A stretch of DNA of 31,496 bases, from IMG/VR virus record IMGVR_UViG_3300044676_003853, positions 1-31,496 of that record. The stretch is one strand, 5' to 3'. Below the pieces are notes generated by a model. The model worked only from the letters and a program-made list of their open reading frames with translations. It was not told the origin of the DNA and did not search any database. The DNA is from a virus. Taxonomy: Duplodnaviria; Caudoviricetes. The position numbers and the translations under genes were made by a program. Positions 1 to 8,172 of this stretch are shown here, in pieces (the first letter of the stretch is position 1; each line of letters begins with the position of its first letter).

Positions 1-176
1 CCAAGTGTGCCACGCTTGACCCACGCACTCCAAGTCCAAGTCTTGCGGTTGCCAGCAGCAGCCGGTGTCCAGCTTAGATACTGGCTTTCGTCATCGTTAA
101 ACTTGAGGGATTGCTGGGTGACTGCTTCCGCACCAGTTGCGTACATCCACTGCGAAGAACCTATTGGTGTAGACAT
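1..176 (-). CDS. Tail fibre / LamG (concanavalin A-like) domain protein, N-terminal fragment, truncated at window edge
   Basis: Not in the ORF track. Own translation from ATG at 176: MSTPIGSSQWMYATGAEAVTQQSLKFNDDESQYLSWTPAAAGNRKTWTWSAWVKRGTLG, open to the edge. The SLxFNDD...GNRKTWTWSxWVKRG pattern is typical of the start of marine-phage LamG-type fibres. GGGGG RBS upstream. Confidence 0.75.
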   Translation of the reverse strand, partial: MSTPIGSSQWMYATGAEAVTQQSLKFNDDESQYLSWTPAAAGNRKTWTWSAWVKRGTL

Positions 177-184
177 AAGACCCC

Positions 185-835
185 CTAGCCAAACGCCAGT
201 TGAGGCGCACCAAGTAGAATAGAACCGCTTGCCTTTACAATGTAAGGCACAACATCATAAGCGTCAGCCGTACTAGATATAGTCAAGCCAGCAGCACCAG
301 CAGTCTCATAGTCTGTACCAAGCGACACAGTATAGCCGCCTGTGCTGTCTTGAATAAAGATAATAAACCCAGACTGACCAATAGTCTCAGTGGTAGGATT
401 AACCAGCGTCACATCATCGGTCAGTGTCAGGATAAAATTCTGATGCGTGGCAAAGTCCAGCGTAATGTTGCCAGTAGCAGCACCAGCAGCCGGAATAGAC
501 CTAGTGTCAGTAGACCCAACAACAGCACCATTAAAGGTGCCGCCAATCAGCGGCATTGCATCAGCACCGTTGTATAGGCGGTAAACAGTAACAACCACAC
601 TATCACTAGCTGACAATGCAGTAAGGCCATCAATGGTGTTGGCTGTGTTTGTGTTGTAGTCAGTGCCAGCCGCTAACAATGTGCCGTTGAGATGCACCGT
701 GACATTTGAACCTGACGTAAACAACAGCGGATTGCCAGCGTTATCAACGCCAGAAATGCTAGTCTCACCGCCAGCAGCCGTGTAAGTGTAAACAGCATTG
801 TTAGCAAAGTTTGCGTCAGCACCAATGTACCGCAT
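185..835 (-). CDS. Tail fibre-associated structural protein (216 aa)
   Basis: Start re-called at ATG 835 (MRYIGADAN...), coupled by TGATG overlap with the upstream stop. Thr/Gly/Ala-rich beta composition; VHLNGTLL..GTDY and QSGFIIFIQDSTGG motifs of phage fibre proteins. Confidence 0.7.
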   Translation of the reverse strand: MRYIGADANFANNAVYTYTAAGGETSISGVDNAGNPLLFTSGSNVTVHLNGTLLAAGTDYNTNTANTIDGLTALSASDSVVVTVYRLYNGADAMPLIGGTFNGAVVGSTDTRSIPAAGAATGNITLDFATHQNFILTLTDDVTLVNPTTETIGQSGFIIFIQDSTGGYTVSLGTDYETAGAAGLTISSTADAYDVVPYIVKASGSILLGAPQLAFG

Positions 836-1185
836 CAGGTTATCTCCGTCACACTTAGCGTTGCGTCTATCTTGGCAGACACGCTGCAATCAATCTTGAT
901 GATGTCACCAGTTTGCAAGATGTATTTGTTGCCACTCATCAACTCTAGTGATGAGCCAACCAAGATGGGAACGTCTTTAACAACGCTGACTGTCTCGTTG
1001 GTTTCAGTATCAACCGTTGTAGATACAATCTGCACTGTGGCTGTGACTGAGGTTGTGTGGATGTTTGCCAGTGTCAGCCCAATGATAGCTGCCGTAGTTG
1101 CAGCCGGAACTGTGTAAAGCGTATCGGGCGTACCAGCACTGGCTGGCATAGCCCCATTAGTTTTTAGTTTAAAGGTGTTAGCCAT
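835..1185 (-). CDS. Virion structural protein (tail-fibre adaptor-like, 116 aa)
   Basis: MANTFK...TLYTVPAATTA.I.GLTLAN...L.TGD.I...S.TEIT family pattern, common between fibre genes of marine phages; position in the tail cluster. Confidence 0.65.
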   Translation of the reverse strand: MANTFKLKTNGAMPASAGTPDTLYTVPAATTAAIIGLTLANIHTTSVTATVQIVSTTVDTETNETVSVVKDVPILVGSSLELMSGNKYILQTGDIIKIDCSVSAKIDATLSVTEIT

Positions 1186-1189
1186 TTTA

Positions 1190-1930
1190 CTATCCTAAGA
1201 TTATTGCGAACTCTACAGCGGTTTCAGACGCTATGCTTTCAATCAGAGCAGTTTGTGCGGCTGAAATATTTACAAACAAATCATAATCTGTGCTGTTTAT
1301 GTTTGTCGTTAAAGGCACTACGCCAGCAGATGTGTGCGCCGTGTTAACGCGATAAACATTGTTATCACTTGGATCAATGACTAGATCGCCAGCAAAATAA
1401 TCAACGCCAGATGCCCAGGTTCCCCTAAAATCTCCAGCTGTTGTTGTAGCAATTGGCAGCCCGTTGCTGTCAAACGCTAGGAATTTTAAAGCTCGATCTG
1501 CTTTAGACGGCAGGATCATATCAGCTGTTACGTCTGATTGCGCAATCCGCATCGCCCTGGTGAATTTCTCATCCAGCTGCTGGACCATGATAACATTACT
1601 ATCAAGCTGCTCATTCAATGAGCTGGCCAGCAAGTCCCCAGCTGTAACAAAATCAGTTGTCCTGGATAACTCGCGGCCACCAACAATCGTCAAAAAGTCT
1701 GCAGAAACCAAAGCAGTGCCGTTGCTACTGCCCGTCAACGTCACAGAGCCAGTACCATCAGCATTAGTCGTGATTGTGTAATCTGTTGAAAGCACTAACA
1801 GAGTGTCGTTTTTAAAGACAGCAATATCGCCATCGACCAGGATGTTGAATGTAAAAGCAAACGGGCCAAGGCCGGTATTGCCCGTAAACTGAACCCGCCT
1901 AGTTACGGGGTTAATTGCGATATCGGCCAT
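1190..1930 (-). CDS. Tail fibre protein with T7 gp17-like N-terminal attachment domain
   Basis: RRVQFTGN...PFAFTFNIL...DY...RTTDF..GDLLASSLNEQLD N-terminal anchor pattern; FRGTWASGVDYFAGDLV carbohydrate-binding-like motif; follows the ejection proteins; GAGG RBS. Confidence 0.8.
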   Translation of the reverse strand: MADIAINPVTRRVQFTGNTGLGPFAFTFNILVDGDIAVFKNDTLLVLSTDYTITTNADGTGSVTLTGSSNGTALVSADFLTIVGGRELSRTTDFVTAGDLLASSLNEQLDSNVIMVQQLDEKFTRAMRIAQSDVTADMILPSKADRALKFLAFDSNGLPIATTTAGDFRGTWASGVDYFAGDLVIDPSDNNVYRVNTAHTSAGVVPLTTNINSTDYDLFVNISAAQTALIESIASETAVEFAIILG

Positions 1931-1966
1931 GTTACACCTCTGCAGTTATCAATACATATACCATAT

Positions 1967-4444
1967 TTATGGGGCATCAGACAACATATTACCTAAATCT
2001 GGTGCCCTGCCTGGTTCATCACGCCCAGGACGCCACCAATACCGTTGCCCAGTTTCGCGTCTATATCTGCTTTCTAAGCGCCGCATCTTCTGGCCGGCTT
2101 TAGGGTCTGTGTATCTTTTCATTCTATCGAACACCATACGCTCTAACCCCAGGCGCATATACCAAAGGGATACGCCAGGCGTGTACCTGGAAGCAAAACT
2201 AACAGCTTCCGTTGCGGCGTTGGTATCCGCTCCATGTGCGGCTTCAAGCAAATTGCCCACAGTCAGCTTTCTAACATCATCAATAAAGCCTACCACTGGC
2301 CCAGCAATAGTCATCTCTAGCCCTCGGTCATGCCGATTTACCTCACTGAACAGAAAATCTCCATAGATGCCGAGGCCACCGCCCTGCAAGAAGGCAGCAA
2401 GCCAGAACTCTGTGCCTTCCATTGGCCGAGGATCGCGGCCCTTGCTCATTTCTTTGAGCTGCATAGCAAAGGCACCCATAACAGTTGTGCTAATAAGAAG
2501 ATCCGCAAAGTAACCGCCTTTGCCTTTTATGCCGGCTTGGGCCATCCCGCGCATCAAATGGGTATTAATCAGGGTAACACCGAAATTCTTATACATGGCC
2601 ATAGATCTAAGCAGCTCACCCTGCAATGTTCCTGGTTGCGTGTTTCCAATTAAAGTTGCTCTACCCTTGAGGCTGGAACTAGGAACGGCAAAGTTTGTCT
2701 CAGCGTCCACCATTTCCATGACGCGGGTAGCAAGGTCTTGAGCCAAGCGAGGGTTTATATCATCACGAAACTCGATATCCTCTGCCCGTAAGAACGTAGC
2801 CCCTTCATACTCATATGGGTCAGTTGACCGGATAATGTCCCATTTGTCAGACCCGATCCCGTACTTTTCCAAGGTCTGCCGCAATGCGGGGTCAAGATCA
2901 TTAAAAGCTCTGCCAACATTATCTGCCAGGGTCCCATAGAACTCCATGCCAAAAGCCCAGCGACCAGCATTAGTAAATGGGGAAAGCAATGACGCCTTCA
3001 TGGTAAAGTCAGCAATTCGCCTGGTGATCTCTGGACCAGATATATCTCCAACATAACGCATTTGCGCTGCAGCGACAGTCATCCAGCCTTCAGCAATCAA
3101 TCCCATACGAATAGCCGTTTTACCTCTTTCCTCGACAGTCAGTGGGTTTAGCTGATCCAGGTATTGAGTAACGGTTCTAACTTGAGGCAACCCAGCTGAA
3201 CGCCTGGCAATGCGCTGAAAGTTAAGATCAGTTAAAGCAGATATAGAAGCGGCACCCAGCTGCGCTGATTGCAACACTTGTCTAATTCCTGCCATTGTTG
3301 CTGCAAACCGGCCCCCGCCAACAGGCGTGTTTACGTTTCCGGTTGCAGCCATATACAGATCTTCTAGCTTTTTGCCAGCTCTGTTGGCCCTGCTTTCCTC
3401 GGCAACATTGCCAGCTGCACGTTTTGCAATGGTTGTTTTCATAAAGTTGATTGTTGATCTTGGGTTTGGCCCCAGGATCTCCATCAATGCGATATCCCTA
3501 GACATAGTGCTGATGTGGCCCATCATGGTATCAAACGCATCAGGGTTCCCAAATTTAGTCTGGTACTCCATCCATGAGTCTGCATCTCTAAACACCAGGA
3601 ACCTGTGGTCAGTGCGCCTGTTTGCCATGCTCTTGCCGCGTCCGGCAGCTGCGCCAGGCGTGATCTTTGCCATCCCGTCTGTGCGGATTGTTTCGTATAC
3701 ATCTTTCAAAGCAAGCTCAAGACGGGCTGGCGTCATTGGCAAGCCGGTGCCCTCATCGACCATTCTTTCAACATTCAATCGAGGGGCAATAAAATCTCGC
3801 CATTCCTGGAATGTCGCTTTTCTTACTTGCAGTGTGTCGTGGAACTGCGGCAATCCCCAGCCTTGGCGCTGTACTATCCTGCCACCAGCTGCATTAAATC
3901 TTTTCCGCAGATACTCAGCTGTCGTGGCCCAGGCTTGTGCAAACTCTCTCGCAGAGGCATCTCCGGTTTCTTCTCCGAACACCTCCCGAACCATACTGTG
4001 CAGCTTGGCTTTGTTCCTGGTGCCGCCAATCAAATTTTTACGGAAAGATGCCAGGACGTTATACATATTCCTGGTTGCGGCATTGGTCACAGCATTAACA
4101 CGGTTTTCAAATGCGGAAAACTTGGCGCCTTCGTCCCTAGCAAGATGCGCTATCGCTGCTCTATACGGGTCTGCTTCACCACGATAGTTACGGTATTCAT
4201 CTAAGTTTTTAGTGATTTGTTTCCAGTTTTGGTACGCTAAGATTTTTTGGCGCTTTCGGTGTAAAGCGATATTTTCTAATGCGCTGAACGTATCCCGCCC
4301 AGCTTGTGAAGCTGCTTGCCCTGGTGACATTCTGCCCTGGTACTGAGCCTCCAGGTCATCAAACAAATCACGGGCCTCTGACGCCTGTTCTGGCGTGATG
4401 GCCCCTTCTGTCTCAGCGTTGTCTATGCAACCACGCAAACTCAT
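1967..4444 (-). CDS. Internal virion / DNA ejection protein (BPP-1/epsilon15-like, ~825 aa)
   Basis: Start re-called at ATG 4444 (MSLRGCIDNA), ATGA overlap with the upstream stop. C-terminal KGRDPRP...FWLAAFLQGGGLGIYGDFL...AGP motif characteristic of the last ejection protein of such podophages; position immediately before the tail fibre. Confidence 0.75.
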   Translation of the reverse strand: MSLRGCIDNAETEGAITPEQASEARDLFDDLEAQYQGRMSPGQAASQAGRDTFSALENIALHRKRQKILAYQNWKQITKNLDEYRNYRGEADPYRAAIAHLARDEGAKFSAFENRVNAVTNAATRNMYNVLASFRKNLIGGTRNKAKLHSMVREVFGEETGDASAREFAQAWATTAEYLRKRFNAAGGRIVQRQGWGLPQFHDTLQVRKATFQEWRDFIAPRLNVERMVDEGTGLPMTPARLELALKDVYETIRTDGMAKITPGAAAGRGKSMANRRTDHRFLVFRDADSWMEYQTKFGNPDAFDTMMGHISTMSRDIALMEILGPNPRSTINFMKTTIAKRAAGNVAEESRANRAGKKLEDLYMAATGNVNTPVGGGRFAATMAGIRQVLQSAQLGAASISALTDLNFQRIARRSAGLPQVRTVTQYLDQLNPLTVEERGKTAIRMGLIAEGWMTVAAAQMRYVGDISGPEITRRIADFTMKASLLSPFTNAGRWAFGMEFYGTLADNVGRAFNDLDPALRQTLEKYGIGSDKWDIIRSTDPYEYEGATFLRAEDIEFRDDINPRLAQDLATRVMEMVDAETNFAVPSSSLKGRATLIGNTQPGTLQGELLRSMAMYKNFGVTLINTHLMRGMAQAGIKGKGGYFADLLISTTVMGAFAMQLKEMSKGRDPRPMEGTEFWLAAFLQGGGLGIYGDFLFSEVNRHDRGLEMTIAGPVVGFIDDVRKLTVGNLLEAAHGADTNAATEAVSFASRYTPGVSLWYMRLGLERMVFDRMKRYTDPKAGQKMRRLESRYRRETGQRYWWRPGRDEPGRAPDLGNMLSDAP

Positions 4445-7400
4445 ACCGCGCACTCCCGCAATCTATCGAGCATATTTTTATCCTGTTGAATATCATCCAA
4501 CATCTGACGCCTGGTAACTGTAACAGCTATCTGGTTGCCGGCATCATCCACTGTGCTGCCAATGGGGATTTCGGTTTCGTCTAGCGCTTGCCTTGCTGCG
4601 ACTTGGGCTTGTTCGACTCTAGATACTGGCGCAGCTTCTGGGATTGCAGCTTCATCTGTTCTGCCCTCTGCTCCCCTTTCTGCTCGGCTTCGCTCCAATT
4701 GTAGCTGGACGCCATCAATGGCTGCTTTTGGTTCTGGGCCGTTGAAGCTGTCATCGGTAAGTCTTGGTCCGACATCGAGTCCACCATTGTTGTCAATGTT
4801 TGCGTATCCATCAAATATGCCTTCCTCTTTTAAAGTATAATATGTTTGCGTTGGGTTGTCACCAACCATCCGTATATAATCAGGTCCTATCAACCGGCCT
4901 GTTTCAACAAATCTGCCAAACATACGCCGCCGCGCTTCTGGGTAAGCGACTTCCATGTTTATCAATTTTACTTCATAGCCGGCATCTTTTAGCTCTTGTT
5001 GCAACTTGCGTATGCTGGCGGGGTTATCCCCAACTTTTGGGACAACCACGTTTAAACCGAAATCTTTAACAGTATTAAGCAAGCCCTTGGCTATTTCTGA
5101 GCTTTCTTCATGCACCGCCATAGCGCCGATGCCGCCTTGGTACTCTGGCATCGCTTTTTTAATTTCATCCGAGTCAATAATTGCAGCCCGTTGTTGAATT
5201 GCGATTGGATTTGCCAGGGTGCTTTTACCGGCAGCTGGTGGGCCAATTAAAATTGTTGCCTTACGATCATACGAAACTGGCGCATCAGGCACCTCAAGGC
5301 CCATTTCTCGGTATGGTAAGGTTTGCGCATCCTCAAATGCTTTAAATATTGCGTTGTCATAGCCAATAATTTCTTCGCCATCAAAATCAAATGTGCGATT
5401 TGCTTGCCATGCCTGGCTGCCATAATCTGGCGCATTTACTGTTTGCGGTATAGATTGCGCTTCTTCTAGCGCCTGGACAACAGCTGGATGTGCGTCAATC
5501 GTTGCTTCGTCAGCGCCTTCGTCAATTAATCGTTTTAGATCCTGGCGTAAATCAGCATCTTCTTGGAAACCTTCTTGGCGGGTGGCAGCCGGTTCCTCTG
5601 GCGGCGCACGGCCAATGGCCTGTTCTTCGCTAATCAGGTCGGTTTCTAGCTGATCTGCCTGGCGCTGCACACCTGGACCATTAGGGTCATCAAACAGGCT
5701 TACGTCTGGCTCTGGCTCTGCCGCACTCGCGCGGCCTTCCGTTGGAGCATTGATAGACTGTCCAACATCGCCAGCTGAGAGCCGATCAAAATCGCCTGAT
5801 TCAATTGATCGTCTGACAGCTTCGATGAAGCCTCTAGTAGCTTGTCCGTAGCTGCCGCTTTCTCTGGCTTGCCTTGCTGCAGCTGTGAGGGCGTCTGAGA
5901 GAGGCCCTTTTCTGTTTGCTTGCGCTTGTAAGAGGCTGATCGCTTGCGAGTCATTGCTGGCTCTCCTTTCATTTGCTTTCTGTGCTAGTTGGTTGCCTTC
6001 TGCTTCAAGGCGTTGTGCATTGCGTAACAAACTGGCAAATGCAGCTTTGTCCTGGCCCAGCTGCTTTCTCGCCTGGTCAAGTACCTTTGCCCGTTCCAGG
6101 AAATAACTTTCGGTAATTATCTCCTCACCAAATAATGATTCCTGTGTTCTTGTTTCTGCGCCGGACTCGATGACCTGGCGAACAATAGACTCTGCCTGGT
6201 ACTCGTTTGCTGGGTCAGTTTTAGATAAAACTTGGATAGCGTTCTTTTGCAACCCTGGGTCATCTGGTATTAACCGGCCCACGATTGCACCATAATTAGC
6301 TGGAACCACCCCGTTAATAATAGCGCCAAATGTTTCATCGTCTAACAGCGTCAGGCCTCTGGCTTGCTGCACTAGGACAGATCGAGGCGGCAACTCTCCG
6401 GCTCGTTGCGGCGCATCTCTTAACACCTTCGCAGCATCAATAGCTGTGCCGGTACCCTCTTTAATGTTTTTGACAGCGGCAATAACCCTGGCCATGTCAG
6501 GCGTAATACCATCAGACTCGCGCAACGTATGCCCAAGCAGCTCTATTTTTTGGCTTGGGTCTTGTGACTTGATACGTTTTGCCAGGCCCAGGCGCTGGTG
6601 CCCGTCTGCAATAAATTTGCGGCCATCAGCAAACTCATAAACAACAATTTGCCCAGCTGCTATGGGGTCCCAGGTTGTAACGCCCTGCAATCGCTCAGTA
6701 ACGCCAAACTCGTCACCACCGGCCTTGAATTGAAATAACTCCGCATCTACAGCAACCTCATCTGGGTCAAACACTTTGACAAGCCCGTCAACCTTGTCAG
6801 CGTCTGTAACGCTCAACAATGGCCGTGGAGGCGTTGCAGATGCGTCCGGCATAGTAGGAGCCACATTTTCGTCAACGGCTGCTACGGCGTCAGCTAGGCG
6901 TTGTTCATGCTCGGCCTCTGCGGCAATCCTGCTTGGCAAAATAGGTTTTTCTGGTTCAACCACTTGTTCACCGGCGCGGCGCTTTTGCTCAATTTTTATG
7001 GCATTACGTTCTCTAATCATTCCGTAGTTAATTTTGCCAGATTTTGTTTGAGCTTCTATTTTTCTTTCTAATGTATTTAAAGCAGCGGCAAGGGAAGCGT
7101 CATCCAAGTCTTTTACAGCTGGGATACCCTCTATCGTTTCTAATTTAAAATTAAGATCGTATGGTGTGCTTTGGGAAAGCTCATCTAATTCTAATATTTT
7201 TTCTTCCCCATCCGCGCTTCGGACAATAATCCCACCAGATTCACTTCGCTTAACAACTTGAGCGACAGATGCCGTACCGTCTGGACTATAAACAATAATG
7301 TCATCTGGATTTCCCGTGTTAAGGGGATTGTCAGCAACAATTTCTTCTAGCTCTGTTGCCAGGTCCTCTGCAATTTGCCCGTCCGGTGTTTGTCTAGCGC

Positions 7401-8172
7401 CGGTTGAGCGTATTGCTTGGATGCCTTTTTTGGCTTGTTCTGTTGTTATGCTTACTGCTTTGCCGGCGCCACGAAACGCAAACGGAAAAGCAAAACCAAT
7501 CGCCCCACCGTATTTAACAGCGTTCCAATATTGCTCATTAGTATAGGGCATACCAGTTTCCTGGTGCCACCGCTGTACTGGTATTTGAGCCAGGGCCTCC
7601 GATCCGGCACCCAGGGCCGCTTCTTGAAAGGCCATGCCCCACAAAGATTTTGCGCCACCAAACAACATAGATGAAATTAAAATAGGGTCATCTAGCCCCT
7701 CGTACATTTCACCTAATGTTCTTACTGCACCGGCTGATGTAGAAGGGGATTCCCCGCTGACACGCAAATAATCTTCACGGGCGTTTCTTGCCATCTCTCC
7801 TGCTTGGGATGCAACAGTTTCTGGAGTGTATAATCCTCGGTATTGCTCGAACTCTGGATATCTATCTATTGCTTGATTTAACTTAGCCAGGCTTTGATTA
7901 AAAACAGATGTCTGCTTTTCCGGCTCAAACAATCGAATACGAAAAGCAACAGACGGATTGTGGAATGTTTCCCCAACATTTGCCGCGTTCATCTCGTCAA
8001 TCACAGGCTGCAATATTTCTTGGTATGTCTTGGCCTTAGATGTGGACGTTAATGCAAGTTTGCTATAAGTGGTCGCCGCGTTCCAGTTTTCTTCCAGGGA
8101 CGGCGTAGGTTCTTCCTGCAGCTGATAACCGCGTTGCTCTAATGACTCTGTTTTTTTAAAAAGAAAAGTCAT
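4441..8172 (-). CDS. Large internal virion protein with ParB/Srx-like and Zeta-toxin-like kinase domains (polyvalent protein, ~1243 aa)
   Basis: Start likely ATG 8172 (ATGA overlap). Gly/Ala-rich hydrophobic ejection-protein N-terminus; IADGHQRLGLA ParB-like motif (DGHQR at 6592-6606); Walker A GPPAAGKS (5221-5244) followed by IIDSDEIK and RRRMFGRFVETGRLI, as in Zeta-toxin family kinases. Confidence 0.75.
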   Translation of the reverse strand: MTFLFKKTESLEQRGYQLQEEPTPSLEENWNAATTYSKLALTSTSKAKTYQEILQPVIDEMNAANVGETFHNPSVAFRIRLFEPEKQTSVFNQSLAKLNQAIDRYPEFEQYRGLYTPETVASQAGEMARNAREDYLRVSGESPSTSAGAVRTLGEMYEGLDDPILISSMLFGGAKSLWGMAFQEAALGAGSEALAQIPVQRWHQETGMPYTNEQYWNAVKYGGAIGFAFPFAFRGAGKAVSITTEQAKKGIQAIRSTGARQTPDGQIAEDLATELEEIVADNPLNTGNPDDIIVYSPDGTASVAQVVKRSESGGIIVRSADGEEKILELDELSQSTPYDLNFKLETIEGIPAVKDLDDASLAAALNTLERKIEAQTKSGKINYGMIRERNAIKIEQKRRAGEQVVEPEKPILPSRIAAEAEHEQRLADAVAAVDENVAPTMPDASATPPRPLLSVTDADKVDGLVKVFDPDEVAVDAELFQFKAGGDEFGVTERLQGVTTWDPIAAGQIVVYEFADGRKFIADGHQRLGLAKRIKSQDPSQKIELLGHTLRESDGITPDMARVIAAVKNIKEGTGTAIDAAKVLRDAPQRAGELPPRSVLVQQARGLTLLDDETFGAIINGVVPANYGAIVGRLIPDDPGLQKNAIQVLSKTDPANEYQAESIVRQVIESGAETRTQESLFGEEIITESYFLERAKVLDQARKQLGQDKAAFASLLRNAQRLEAEGNQLAQKANERRASNDSQAISLLQAQANRKGPLSDALTAAARQARESGSYGQATRGFIEAVRRSIESGDFDRLSAGDVGQSINAPTEGRASAAEPEPDVSLFDDPNGPGVQRQADQLETDLISEEQAIGRAPPEEPAATRQEGFQEDADLRQDLKRLIDEGADEATIDAHPAVVQALEEAQSIPQTVNAPDYGSQAWQANRTFDFDGEEIIGYDNAIFKAFEDAQTLPYREMGLEVPDAPVSYDRKATILIGPPAAGKSTLANPIAIQQRAAIIDSDEIKKAMPEYQGGIGAMAVHEESSEIAKGLLNTVKDFGLNVVVPKVGDNPASIRKLQQELKDAGYEVKLINMEVAYPEARRRMFGRFVETGRLIGPDYIRMVGDNPTQTYYTLKEEGIFDGYANIDNNGGLDVGPRLTDDSFNGPEPKAAIDGVQLQLERSRAERGAEGRTDEAAIPEAAPVSRVEQAQVAARQALDETEIPIGSTVDDAGNQIAVTVTRRQMLDDIQQDKNMLDRLRECAV

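Noticed and set aside
3327-4204. Long plus-strand ORFs (286 and 199 aa)
   Set aside because: Antisense shadows of the ejection gene with no recognisable motif.
8150-8168. Slippery TTTTTAAAAAAAC run as a programmed frameshift fusing ejection proteins
   Set aside because: It lies downstream of the upstream gene's stop codon, so it cannot produce a fusion; ATGA coupling suffices.
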